A stretch of DNA of 64,000 bases from a virus, in IMG/VR virus record IMGVR_UViG_3300030333_002512, positions 1-64,000 of that record; one strand, 5' to 3'. Below the pieces are notes generated by a model. The model ran no database searches, was not told where the DNA came from, and was given only the letters and a program-made list of their open reading frames with translations. Every line of letters starts with the position of its first letter. The first letter of the stretch is position 1. The position numbers and the translations under genes were made by a program. Below are positions 18,626 to 28,826 of the stretch, one piece after another.

Positions 18626-20295
18626 GGAACTCTCCTTTCCGTTCTCTTATCTACGTTTTTATTTCCAACACCTTTGGGCATACCGCTAAATCTCTTGTCA
18701 GGGCCGACATTCATACTAGGCTTGTTTCTCTTTTTCCCACTGGGAGGTTCACCTTTCACTTCTTCCGGTTTTCCAGCAGCAGCCATGGATGGTTTAGTTC
18801 CGCTTTCCATCATTTGCCCTATGTGTTGTTGGTCAATGTTAGTTCCAGCGTATGGGTCTAATTCCACTTGTTCATCTTCGCCGCCTTGTTGTTCGGAACC
18901 ACCCGGAGGGGGGTCAGGTTTCTTGTATGAGAATCTGCCATCGTCATCCATGTCAACATCGAATCCTAGATTCTTTATTGCTGCTGCCACGTTTACCTCT
19001 ATCTCCCTCTTCCTGAGTTTCGCTATCTCATCTTCTTCTTCTGATGGTGGTAGTTTCAAAGTCCAATCAGTGATGCCGAACTCTTGAGTCATGAACGGGA
19101 AGACGTAATCATTCCAAATGGTCTGTGCCATTTCCACTGCTCTATTAGTGACAAGAACCTGCATACCCTCATTGTTCAACCCACCACTTGCAGAGTTATC
19201 TGCCATGAATATCTTGCTCACACCATAGAAGGCTGAGATTCTATCTCGCAGGTCATCTTTCACAGAGATGTAATCCATTTCCTTCAGGCTATCCATGAAC
19301 TTGACCCATTCAATGGAACCCTTTCCGTTATCGGATTCTATTCCCATTACAGGAATGAAGTGTGGGTCTTGTTCCATCTTCTCCTTGACACCACGCCAAA
19401 ATGACTTCATGGAATCCATGTTTCTAGTTTGAACTGCCAATAGTCCTCTTGGCATTCTTGCCTTTGTATATGATGAGTTCACATAATTCTCCATCGCTAT
19501 TAGTGTCGTGACATTGTTCCAAAGCGTGATGATGGGCGACAGACCATACAATCTAGATGGTGAGTATTTGCTGAAATGCAAAACTTCGCCCTTGATGAAA
19601 TACTGTTCTACTCCATTTACTCTATTGACATAATGAACTGGATGTAATTCCGATTTACATTCCTCACACAAATCCGTTGCAGTTTGAGATACCTTATCCC
19701 TGTGTTTCAAACAAGTGTATCCCTTGCTTCCTCTCTCTCCAATTTCATTCGAGTAGATGTGCATGGTAACAGGGTCACCCCTGTATATCTCCTTGATTCT
19801 ATGCATCTTGATGCTTGCATTGTTATCCATGAAGTATTCCTTGACGATAACGAGATATGCATCATCCATGATGTTCAAATCGTCTTCAAGTTCCTTGAGA
19901 ACATCAATGAAAAGTTGTTCGGACTTGTTTACATATCCCTCAAGGAATTTATGTGCATAGTCTAATTGCTTGGGGTCGGGTTTAATCAAATCAACAGAAC
20001 CACATTGCTTGCATTGCTTAACTGGTGAACTGTGTTCCTCCCCACAGGCTTTACACTTCGATACGAATTTCTCTTCCCAAGTATATCCGCGCCTAAATAT
20101 CTCTTGTTTCAATTGAGTTACGCACGTTCTCACAATTGTAGATTGTTGGGCAATGTGGTAGATAATCGGGGAAGTTAGTAGGTATGAGGTATCCTTCTCT
20201 TGAATCCCCGGATTGAATATTGTCCTATCTGCTGGTTTAGGAGTTGTTCTTCTGAACAAATTACCCACACTGAATCTGCGCTTTTCTTCTACCAT
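18622..20295 (-). CDS. Portal protein
   Basis: EVLHF...YGLSPI...PRGLL...ISAFYGVS is the HK97-family portal pattern; lies between terminase and protease. Confidence 0.88.
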   Translation of the reverse strand: MVEEKRRFSVGNLFRRTTPKPADRTIFNPGIQEKDTSYLLTSPIIYHIAQQSTIVRTCVTQLKQEIFRRGYTWEEKFVSKCKACGEEHSSPVKQCKQCGSVDLIKPDPKQLDYAHKFLEGYVNKSEQLFIDVLKELEDDLNIMDDAYLVIVKEYFMDNNASIKMHRIKEIYRGDPVTMHIYSNEIGERGSKGYTCLKHRDKVSQTATDLCEECKSELHPVHYVNRVNGVEQYFIKGEVLHFSKYSPSRLYGLSPIITLWNNVTTLIAMENYVNSSYTKARMPRGLLAVQTRNMDSMKSFWRGVKEKMEQDPHFIPVMGIESDNGKGSIEWVKFMDSLKEMDYISVKDDLRDRISAFYGVSKIFMADNSASGGLNNEGMQVLVTNRAVEMAQTIWNDYVFPFMTQEFGITDWTLKLPPSEEEDEIAKLRKREIEVNVAAAIKNLGFDVDMDDDGRFSYKKPDPPPGGSEQQGGEDEQVELDPYAGTNIDQQHIGQMMESGTKPSMAAAGKPEEVKGEPPSGKKRNKPSMNVGPDKRFSGMPKGVGNKNVDKRTERRVP

Positions 20296-20297
20296 AC

Positions 20298-20453
20298 CTA
20301 TTTCTCCTTCACCTTATGCTCGAATAAATAGTCAGAGGCATCATCAACAGAACTCCAATCATCTTCAGACAAATCGTGTTCTTCGACAATTTCCTCTAGG
20401 TCATCTATTGCCTTGTCCACAGGCTTCTTCTTCAAAACATCTTGCCACTTCAT
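20298..20453 (-). CDS. 51-aa W-motif microprotein (MKWQDVLKK)
   Basis: Hand-translated; ATGA overlap with the upstream stop; not in the ORF track. Confidence 0.6.
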   Translation of the reverse strand: MKWQDVLKKKPVDKAIDDLEEIVEEHDLSEDDWSSVDDASDYLFEHKVKEK

Positions 20454-21790
20454 GCTATCAATCCCTCTATCTTATCCATTTCAATCATCTTAGAATTACC
20501 GTATAGTTTGGTGATGTTATCCACATCAATCCCATCTTTGGTAAAATCATAACCCACATGGTCTTTGTGATTCTCCCATTTCATCAATTTGAATAGTTCA
20601 TCCCTTCTTTGTTTGAACCAAGATGCTTTCTTATGGGATTTCTTCATCCTCACTAATTCCAAAAGGATGTCAGCGTTGTTTCCTTTCATCTTGAAATGTG
20701 GGCGACACTTCGATAGAATCTCCCCAACGTCTTTCGCTGAATAGAAATTCAACCGATTTACAGGTCTAGTGCCTTGAGGAGACTTTTGGTCTAAGTGCAA
20801 TCTACCACAACCCAATGCCTTGTGCATCTCCATCATGAATGCCTTGCCCCTATCACCCGTAGCAACTAATCCCACTCTTGGGTTGAAGTTTCTATCCATG
20901 GTAATGTAGCCATCCGAATCAATGAATGCGGCAGTGTATGCATAGATGTCTTTCTTGATGTCATCTGAGAATTTGTAGAAAGCACCATTGACACTAGTTA
21001 CATTATTTCTAATTGCCATCTTGGAAATTATACTAGGAGTCGTTCTCTTGAATAGATGCTTAGGCAATCTCTCATGTATTTGTCTTGATGAAATTCCCGG
21101 TTCTTCACAGATTGATTTTAGAATGTGCTGGTTGATTATCTCCTTTGGTTTCACATTCACCATATGGCTCTTGATTAATTTCTTGAAATCCCTTTTGCTA
21201 CTTGACATCTCTTTGCTTAGGGAAGAATATTCTGCATTATATGGCATATCCTGTCTCTCTAACTTTGCTTCCCAATACTTGCATAAGGTGTCAACCATCT
21301 CCCTTCTAGTATTGACATCATTCACATATGACAATTTGATAAGGTCATCTTCAGAACAGGTCATGTCCTTCAGAACAGGCTTGTATTTCTTGAGCCAATA
21401 TATCTCATTGATGCTCTTGTCCAAATGGTCAGCGTAGGACACTATCAGATTATCAATGGCCTTGGTGACATTCTCCTTCTCAGCCCCCTTCAAAGTCCTA
21501 CGATATTCCTTTAGGTTCTTCACTAACGCCGGAACGTCTGTTCCTTCGACTTCATATTTCTTCAAATTGACATGAAGCATTTTCTTAGCCTCACTCAGAC
21601 TAAGATTGAAATTTTCAGCAAATTGTTTCTCTATGCTAAATTGGTCTTCAAGGGGAGAATCATTCAACCAAGCATGTTTCATCTCTTCTGTGAGTTGCTC
21701 CATTCTTTCTTCTACTGCTTCCTTTTCTCTTGCGACATTAGCGAGGCGGTCATACTTCTCACTATCTTTTTCTTCAACCATTACTCCCAC
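20450..21790 (-). CDS. LAGLIDADG endonuclease-domain protein with N-terminal helical/HTH region
   Basis: YAYTAAFIDSDGYI LAGLIDADG motif; wHTH-like EEPGISSRQIHERL upstream. Confidence 0.75.
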   Translation of the reverse strand: MGVMVEEKDSEKYDRLANVAREKEAVEERMEQLTEEMKHAWLNDSPLEDQFSIEKQFAENFNLSLSEAKKMLHVNLKKYEVEGTDVPALVKNLKEYRRTLKGAEKENVTKAIDNLIVSYADHLDKSINEIYWLKKYKPVLKDMTCSEDDLIKLSYVNDVNTRREMVDTLCKYWEAKLERQDMPYNAEYSSLSKEMSSSKRDFKKLIKSHMVNVKPKEIINQHILKSICEEPGISSRQIHERLPKHLFKRTTPSIISKMAIRNNVTSVNGAFYKFSDDIKKDIYAYTAAFIDSDGYITMDRNFNPRVGLVATGDRGKAFMMEMHKALGCGRLHLDQKSPQGTRPVNRLNFYSAKDVGEILSKCRPHFKMKGNNADILLELVRMKKSHKKASWFKQRRDELFKLMKWENHKDHVGYDFTKDGIDVDNITKLYGNSKMIEMDKIEGLIA

Positions 21791-21791
21791 C

Positions 21792-23225
21792 TCAGAAATT
21801 TAGCCCTAACATACCGCCTATAGAATTATTCACAGGTTTTGGGTCTTCAAATATGCCCATATCATCCAACATCAAGAACACATCATTTGGATTTTGAGAA
21901 GCAGCATTGGCAAGAGCAAGGCTCATCACAAGGTCATCGTGTGCGCCAACACCCTCAAACTTTCCGCTACTTGTGATGGCAAACATGGATAGTTCCTCAA
22001 TCAAAGAACCAGTCAATCTCCTACTAGCGTTATCCCCATAGGGAAATCTGATTTTCTGATTCTCGATGTTCATCTGTAGATTCAGAATTATCTCTTGCTT
22101 CTTCTTTCTAGTTGTATGGAAGTCTCTTACATTCAAATCGGATATATTGCGCAATTCTTGTGTGAATGCCTTAGCGAAGGTGTTTGTCTCATAGAGAATT
22201 TCTTCAGGTTGGAATATCTTTCCAATCAATCTAATCTTCTCTATGTTCTCCCTGAACTCTACGTTCTTTGCTCGGTCAACGTGAACGATTGTCTTATTCA
22301 TCTCATCATCGACTTCCAAGACGGTAATGACATTGTAGTCACCATCGGTTGAGATAGCAGGGTCAACACCAACATAGTATTTGTATCCCTTATCCTTCCT
22401 ATTGCCTAATTTGAGAACGTGGTCTTTGCTCTTGCATTTTTCGATATACTCAGGATTGAACAAAGCCGTTCCCGTAGAGATTGGGACACAAAGATACTCT
22501 CGCGTGAATTTCAATGAGCCTATCTCCGCCTTCCTTTGCATGAGAGCATCATAGTTCCATCGGTCTGCCCATAATGGTTCATTCATAGCATCCAAACACG
22601 GATACTTCGTGACAGTATACGCATCATTATCTTCTAACTGTGCGAAGATATCTGTGTAAGTGAAAGGGGTTCCAATCATTCTAAGATTAGATGAGTGGTG
22701 AAGCGTAGGTATCATGTCACCGAAGAACCAATCAGTCACTCTTTGAATAGCAGATAGGCTGAACTCCTTCAAAGGGTCGTCAATGATAATCTCCTGTGGG
22801 TGAAGTCCTCTAATCTGAGAACCAACTGAACGTTCTAGAATTGCATTTCCATTAGTGAGTTGAATGTTTCCAATTGCCCAACCCCTAGAAGGTTTGAACT
22901 TCTTTAGTGCTGGATGATTGAACATCCTATCTATCTCGCGCATGTGAACGAGAGTCTGCTTTTGGTTAGACGAGATGTATAGCATTTGAAATGGAGGCTC
23001 TTGGAAGATTAGGTTCCATACAACCCAACTGTGCATGAATACGGATTTTCCATGGTCACGCGCACAGATAATAACAGTCCTATCTGTTTTCTGCATTGTC
23101 TCTAGCCATTCTTGCATGTATTCGGGATACATCATACCGAGGACATTCTGGAAGAAGTAAGGAAAGGATGCCTTAGACAATTCCATATCCATAGAAGACA
23201 TGAAGTCCATGTTTTCTAATTCCAT
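21792..23225 (-). CDS. terL: Terminase large subunit
   Basis: Walker A ARDHGKS, Walker B IIIDD, coupling motif GTP, nuclease VGVDPA...DY...HDDLVMS. Confidence 0.92.
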   Translation of the reverse strand: MELENMDFMSSMDMELSKASFPYFFQNVLGMMYPEYMQEWLETMQKTDRTVIICARDHGKSVFMHSWVVWNLIFQEPPFQMLYISSNQKQTLVHMREIDRMFNHPALKKFKPSRGWAIGNIQLTNGNAILERSVGSQIRGLHPQEIIIDDPLKEFSLSAIQRVTDWFFGDMIPTLHHSSNLRMIGTPFTYTDIFAQLEDNDAYTVTKYPCLDAMNEPLWADRWNYDALMQRKAEIGSLKFTREYLCVPISTGTALFNPEYIEKCKSKDHVLKLGNRKDKGYKYYVGVDPAISTDGDYNVITVLEVDDEMNKTIVHVDRAKNVEFRENIEKIRLIGKIFQPEEILYETNTFAKAFTQELRNISDLNVRDFHTTRKKKQEIILNLQMNIENQKIRFPYGDNASRRLTGSLIEELSMFAITSSGKFEGVGAHDDLVMSLALANAASQNPNDVFLMLDDMGIFEDPKPVNNSIGGMLGLNF

Positions 23226-23227
23226 GT

Positions 23228-23776
23228 TTACTCACTCATACCCTTTTTCAACGTGTCAACCCATTGAGGCACATTATACATCATTGTCTTCTGCAATTGC
23301 TCAACGAGTTTTGGATGCTGACTTGCTTGAATCAATTCCCTCTTCATCTGTTCTGGTAAATCTTCAGGGAGATTCTCTAAATCTACATCATTAAATCCCA
23401 CACTTCGATAATAGTCTGCGGCTTTCCTACTAGCAAAATTAATGAATAATTTCGCATTACCCTTTTCTTGTAGTAATTTCTCCACAAGTATTGGCATTAA
23501 ACCAACGCCCCTACCTTCAGGCCTTCTTGTATGTATTCCAGCACCCATTGCGAATTTACCTAATGGGGCAAATCCAATTACACCAATAGGTTTGTTTTCA
23601 GGATTGAAGGCCATGAACATTCTAGCGGGTTCTGTATACCAAAGAGAATCATAAGGTAGAAATGTTCCTCGGTCTGAACGCTTCTCAAATTGAGTATAAC
23701 CGTCTTCCCTGAAAGTTTCTACAACTTGATGTTCGGGCATTTCTTGAAAACGAATGTCAGCACTTGTATATGTCAT
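23228..23776 (-). CDS. GNAT-family acetyltransferase
   Basis: PIGVIGF...EGRGVGL...AADYYRSVGF acetyl-CoA-binding motifs; C-terminal WVDTLKK. Confidence 0.7.
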   Translation of the reverse strand: MTYTSADIRFQEMPEHQVVETFREDGYTQFEKRSDRGTFLPYDSLWYTEPARMFMAFNPENKPIGVIGFAPLGKFAMGAGIHTRRPEGRGVGLMPILVEKLLQEKGNAKLFINFASRKAADYYRSVGFNDVDLENLPEDLPEQMKRELIQASQHPKLVEQLQKTMMYNVPQWVDTLKKGMSE

Positions 23777-23780
23777 CTAC

Positions 23781-26750
23781 TCACCTGAAGTTGGCCTTGA
23801 CGAAATACACACCCTCCGTTGGAATCCCATGTTTCTTTCCTATATCTGCCATGGAACCCATCTCTTCGACAATGCTTTCAATCTCAAAAGCCGAGACATT
23901 CACATTGTATTTCTCTTCTAGTTTCTTTATGGCAGCAGACACATGGTCGTAGTTATCCACCTTAGCGGTATTGTAGTAAACGGGTTTGTTCATCATCTTT
24001 CTAATTTCATCATGTGCTTGCAGAACAGTCAGTTGTTCCATGCTTCTAGTTAGTTTCATATCATCAATTGCATTGAAGAATCTTTGAACTAGAGTGTCTG
24101 CACCCCTTGCTTTCTTATCTTGGCCCTTGGCTTGAGTTCTTGGGTTTTGACTGTATGATTCTCTCTTTGTCTTTAGGTGATTCGAAATGAATACCACTGG
24201 CCAAACTGCATCCCCTGTTCTCACATAATCCTCATGCCATTCTTCCGGGGTCTTGCCCCAAGATGTTCCACTTGGGAAAACTTCATCATCAGGCCAACTC
24301 ATATCGTTGTCTTCCAAGATGGCATGTAGATGTGCGCCTAATTCAGTATAGACTTCTTTGCCTAACGGAGTTTTGCGAGGATTCAACTTGAGAATCCAAT
24401 TGACTGTCTTCCCCATCTCTTTGAATGCCTGTGTCAAACTGGGTAGGTCTTTCTGTTCTCCCGGTTTAGTGATGAATTCTAGGTTTGTCACCAATTCCTC
24501 AAGTTGTTTCTTGTTTATCAACAAAGCCCCCTTTCTTTGTTCCCTCATCAGTGCATGGAAGAAAACGGTATCTGGTGTCTTACCACCTGCAAGCATTTTG
24601 AAGTATCTAGGTGCGTTGCTATCCTTGAATTCAAATGGTATTGGGTCATCGAATGGTGCTTTATCCCCACTGAGAGGAATGATGAAGAAACTGATAACTT
24701 CGTCTAGTAATTCGTCAAATTCCTTTCTTGCGTCATTTATCTCCTCAAGTAGATTCTTCTCATTCAGCCTACCCAAGAATTGACTAGAAGTCCACGCGCC
24801 CCTTCCTAATTCGGGTTTATCCACTTTGGGTTGATTCTGTTGTGGGCCGGAAGAGGTGTCTTTTGTTTCTGATATACTAGGGGAAGCACTTCTGCTCAAA
24901 TCCTTGCCGGAATCTAGAATTTTGGATAATGTGTCTATAAATTCCCCAATTTTCTTCAATCTTTCATCAAGATGCTTTCCTTCTCCCCTATCGGAGTCAA
25001 TTACGTCTTCTATGGAGAAGTCCTTCTGCAAATCTACTATGAATTTCTTAGTAGTCTTCTGCAAAGGCAAGTGGAAGCCTCCTTTACGAGATTGTATTGC
25101 TGCATACTTCCTCAGTTCCTCAATGTAGTCTAGAATATCATCATCTAAATCCACGCCGTCAATTAATTCTCTCGCTGCCCCTGCACCTTCCATTGCTGCG
25201 CGAATATGTTCTAGTTCCCTAGCAAAAACAACAGTGTCCTTGAAAATAGCACCTTCTTGCTTGAATGCGTGATAGTATAATGGGTCTACTTCGACATTAT
25301 CCAAACCATCTATCATTATTCCCAAATCGGACAATTGTTGCAATTCATCGCTCATTCCACCACTGACTTTCTCTTTTCCCTTGGTTCCAATGCCAGTATC
25401 CATCGTGTCTGCCATATATTCTGTGGTTTTGCCTTCTTCTTCTTGTAAAGCGTCATCCCCACCAAAAACAGTAGCGGTTTGTTTCTCACGTTGGGTATTT
25501 TGTGATGAAATCTCTTCTGCTAACTGCTTGGCATCGAAATCATCGAAGAAACCAATCTCCTTTCCGAGTTTTTCGAAAAGTATCCAACCTTTATCTTCTG
25601 AAAAGTAAGTTTCTAGGCTTAAGGGTTTGAATTTCACAATATAATTAAGATTTCCAGCATCTATTTCTTTCTTGAAATCTAACAGTTTAAAGATAACTTC
25701 CCTAAACTCTTTTCCACCTTCATTATCTGGTTTCATCTCCAAATCGCCTATTGCCTCATGAAATTCTGCGAATGCATCTTTAAATCGCTTGTATTGTCTA
25801 GATTTATCTGCCCAATAATCGTAAAGTGCCTCTCTACGCTGTAATTTCTTCAGGTCATAACTTCCAATGAAGGCATCAGCCTCAAATTCAACAATCATCC
25901 CTTCATTTCGCAGATAAAACTGTAATAAATCCACAAGTGGGTCTAAAGTGTTCTGAATTCGCATATCATAGAGTTGAATTTCTCCAATTAACTCATTTAT
26001 CTTAGATTCTGTTGGAATTCTATACATTGCAGCAGTTTTTAGGTTGACTTCCTTTGGATTCCAGTCATTATCAAACACAGTAGCGAAAGTTAGCCTCTTT
26101 CCGTTAGAGCGAAGGTAAAAATTCCTCAAAATCGAAGACATTCTACCTTTGTCCATGCTTGCGCCTTTTTCTCTTTGCTGTTTTCTACCTAAAGTTCCCA
26201 AATGCTCCCTTGTTTCCCTAACAGTGCGCTTTTTTCCCTTAACATCTGTAGAAATTGCCTTCGAAAAGAGATATCTTACTTGTCTTTCCAAAACAGACTT
26301 AGGCAAACCTGCCAAAGCACGATATTTCTTCTGAATTCTGTTAATTATTTTCTTCTGGACAACATCTTGAGCCGTTGCGCCAGTAATTAAGTCGGGTAGG
26401 ACTCTTGCATAGTCATCACCTGCTGAAGAATCTGTATACAAAACAGAATCTTTACCCCTCTTGACCAAATCTTGAGTGCTTTCACCCTCATTTCTTTCAA
26501 TTGTCATATTATCATAGACGATATTGTAGAGTTCATCATCATCTAAACTGTTAAGCACATTTTTCAAACGGTCTTCTGCCATTTGTTCTAACTTTTCATC
26601 AATGTCATAATCTTGGCTATCGTCTTGTTCCTTTGCCTCGTATTCAGCCTTCAACTCATTGTAGATTTTCTCTTCCAGAGCGTCTTCGCCTTGTTCTAAA
26701 TAGACGGCAAGTGGACTGTATTCCTCATTTGTCTCTGATTCCATTGCCAT
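23781..26750 (-). CDS. Large hypothetical protein (989 aa)
   Basis: Long ORF; no motif recognised. Confidence 0.7.
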   Translation of the reverse strand: MAMESETNEEYSPLAVYLEQGEDALEEKIYNELKAEYEAKEQDDSQDYDIDEKLEQMAEDRLKNVLNSLDDDELYNIVYDNMTIERNEGESTQDLVKRGKDSVLYTDSSAGDDYARVLPDLITGATAQDVVQKKIINRIQKKYRALAGLPKSVLERQVRYLFSKAISTDVKGKKRTVRETREHLGTLGRKQQREKGASMDKGRMSSILRNFYLRSNGKRLTFATVFDNDWNPKEVNLKTAAMYRIPTESKINELIGEIQLYDMRIQNTLDPLVDLLQFYLRNEGMIVEFEADAFIGSYDLKKLQRREALYDYWADKSRQYKRFKDAFAEFHEAIGDLEMKPDNEGGKEFREVIFKLLDFKKEIDAGNLNYIVKFKPLSLETYFSEDKGWILFEKLGKEIGFFDDFDAKQLAEEISSQNTQREKQTATVFGGDDALQEEEGKTTEYMADTMDTGIGTKGKEKVSGGMSDELQQLSDLGIMIDGLDNVEVDPLYYHAFKQEGAIFKDTVVFARELEHIRAAMEGAGAARELIDGVDLDDDILDYIEELRKYAAIQSRKGGFHLPLQKTTKKFIVDLQKDFSIEDVIDSDRGEGKHLDERLKKIGEFIDTLSKILDSGKDLSRSASPSISETKDTSSGPQQNQPKVDKPELGRGAWTSSQFLGRLNEKNLLEEINDARKEFDELLDEVISFFIIPLSGDKAPFDDPIPFEFKDSNAPRYFKMLAGGKTPDTVFFHALMREQRKGALLINKKQLEELVTNLEFITKPGEQKDLPSLTQAFKEMGKTVNWILKLNPRKTPLGKEVYTELGAHLHAILEDNDMSWPDDEVFPSGTSWGKTPEEWHEDYVRTGDAVWPVVFISNHLKTKRESYSQNPRTQAKGQDKKARGADTLVQRFFNAIDDMKLTRSMEQLTVLQAHDEIRKMMNKPVYYNTAKVDNYDHVSAAIKKLEEKYNVNVSAFEIESIVEEMGSMADIGKKHGIPTEGVYFVKANFR

Positions 26751-28826
26751 TCAACCAACTCCCGTCAATTCTCTCAACCAATCTCTCGGTTGCGCGACAC
26801 CTTCCTTGTCAATAATGATTGGCTCCGATACTACCTCTGCCATCTTCTTCTTAGTGGCTTCAACTAACCCGTTTCTAATCTGTGGATAAACATCATTGAC
26901 AGCATCTTCGAATGCTTTCTCCAATTTACTCATTTCTTCAGGGGTTGGTGGAGTCCCTTCTTCCCATTGTCCGGTTTCATCGTTATAGACACGCTTGACT
27001 CTAGTAATTTTTCTAACTGCTTTGTTAATTTTATTACTTCCTAACATTTGTGCTTCAAGTCTATCCAAAACTCCAACTAGATAGTAAAAACTCAATTTGT
27101 TTGTGTCTTGACCTGCCTTCAATCTAACTCTAAAAGTGCCGCCCTGCTTCTGGTCAGCAGCAAATTGCTGTTTAAAATTCTCAATGGGATTATGGTCAAT
27201 GGCACTAAAGAGAAAAGATAGGAGTCTCTCTTCTGATTTGGATGAAGGAACTAGAATGGAATTATCTTGTTTGGAGGGTTTCATCTTCGATAATGCATCT
27301 TTAATCTGCTTAACTCTTTTCTCATCGTCTGGTTGTCCGGAGTCACCATACCTATGTTCACCGAATTTCATATTTCTAATACTACTTCTAGATGGAAGAG
27401 ATTCTTCGATAGATGGATATTGAATCTTCAGTTGTGGAACTTTACCCCATCCACCTACAGGGGGCTTTAGTAAGAAATCCCTCATTTCCACAGATATACC
27501 ACTAGGAATCAACGGGGTTTCTTTCTGCATTCTCTCATAAGCATCTTTAGTTTCTTGACTCTCCCCGCGCATAGCCAATTCAAATTTAGCAAAACCTCTA
27601 GCATCATCAGCCTTCACATATTTATTGAAAAGCCTCAATACAGATTCCTCACCCTCTCCCTTACTCAATTTACGATACACTGCATCTCTAGTGAGACTAC
27701 TTTTCGTTCTATTAGCCACAAAACCCGCACTAATATCGAGTTCTTTATGTTCAAATAAATATTCTAAAGCGGGTAATACTTTCCCCGTTCCTTTTTCTGA
27801 ACCAGTTTGAACACCAAATAGTATCTTGGCCGTTTCCTTTGCAGCACCCACACCTGAATCTCCTGTAGGTGAAAGAACAGGAATAAACGCACCTCGGTCA
27901 GCCCCACTAACTTTAGTTAGAACATGCTGCAAGTATCTCAAAGCGACATTATCATCTTGGAAAGACTCAGCCTTGATGTTCTTCATGCCACCTGCTATCT
28001 TCGTCTTAGAATACTTTGGCTGATTGAAAACCTTGGCAAAGAAATTCCTCACAATTGGTTTGTCGGGGTCACCACCTGAGAGTTTCTTTCCTTGTAGAAT
28101 TGTAATCCAATCAGGAAGGGAAACCAAAACTCCGTCTGCTTGTTCCTCTTGAGTCCATGCTTTAGGTATAATTCCAAAATTGAAATCATCAGGAAGAAGG
28201 AGTTTGACATCCTTCGTGTCGTATCCCATCAACTTAGACTTGTTAGCCTTCGCTGATTTCAAGGCCTTCACGAATCGGCTGTTGTTCTTCTCCCAAAGTC
28301 GTAGTTGCTTTATCTTAGTTTTCTTTGCCTCTTGACTGCCTTCGTTCAAGTAATCCACAAGTGGTTGAAAATTTCCTCCTAAGAATTCCTCATACAACTT
28401 CAGAACTTTCTTTGGAATTTTATCCTTGTAATTAGGATTCCTTTTTCCACCTGACATTTTTGCCGGAGCGTAGTCATCCAACTTCTCCTTCAATTTCTCA
28501 GCGTTCTCCATCATTCTCTTTGGGATTGGAACGTCTGTTGCAGTAGCAGCAAATGTAACATCCTCATATTGCTCCTTCATCTTCAGCCATTTATTTTCAG
28601 GAATGGTCTTGTCGTTTGCTTGCTCGTTTATTTGATTGAATAATCTGATTATCTTATTCAAAGAACTACGAACCCCACCTAGATTCAACTCTTCATTCTT
28701 AATGCTCTCAATAATCGAATTAACGTTACCACCATCAAGGGCCATTATGATTTTGAAGCCTACTCCACCACCTTTGATTTTCTGAGTATCAAAGGATGCC
28801 TTGTGAAGTGTGGCTTGCCATGACAT
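26751..28826 (-). CDS. Large W-motif protein (MSWQATLHK)
   Basis: 691 aa, K-rich, shared N-terminal peptide. Confidence 0.7.
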   Translation of the reverse strand: MSWQATLHKASFDTQKIKGGGVGFKIIMALDGGNVNSIIESIKNEELNLGGVRSSLNKIIRLFNQINEQANDKTIPENKWLKMKEQYEDVTFAATATDVPIPKRMMENAEKLKEKLDDYAPAKMSGGKRNPNYKDKIPKKVLKLYEEFLGGNFQPLVDYLNEGSQEAKKTKIKQLRLWEKNNSRFVKALKSAKANKSKLMGYDTKDVKLLLPDDFNFGIIPKAWTQEEQADGVLVSLPDWITILQGKKLSGGDPDKPIVRNFFAKVFNQPKYSKTKIAGGMKNIKAESFQDDNVALRYLQHVLTKVSGADRGAFIPVLSPTGDSGVGAAKETAKILFGVQTGSEKGTGKVLPALEYLFEHKELDISAGFVANRTKSSLTRDAVYRKLSKGEGEESVLRLFNKYVKADDARGFAKFELAMRGESQETKDAYERMQKETPLIPSGISVEMRDFLLKPPVGGWGKVPQLKIQYPSIEESLPSRSSIRNMKFGEHRYGDSGQPDDEKRVKQIKDALSKMKPSKQDNSILVPSSKSEERLLSFLFSAIDHNPIENFKQQFAADQKQGGTFRVRLKAGQDTNKLSFYYLVGVLDRLEAQMLGSNKINKAVRKITRVKRVYNDETGQWEEGTPPTPEEMSKLEKAFEDAVNDVYPQIRNGLVEATKKKMAEVVSEPIIIDKEGVAQPRDWLRELTGVG

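Noticed and set aside
20450-21790. Intein or group I intron
   Set aside because: Independent ORF with its own RBS, no Cys/Ser start or His-Asn end, and the flanking terminase and portal are intact.
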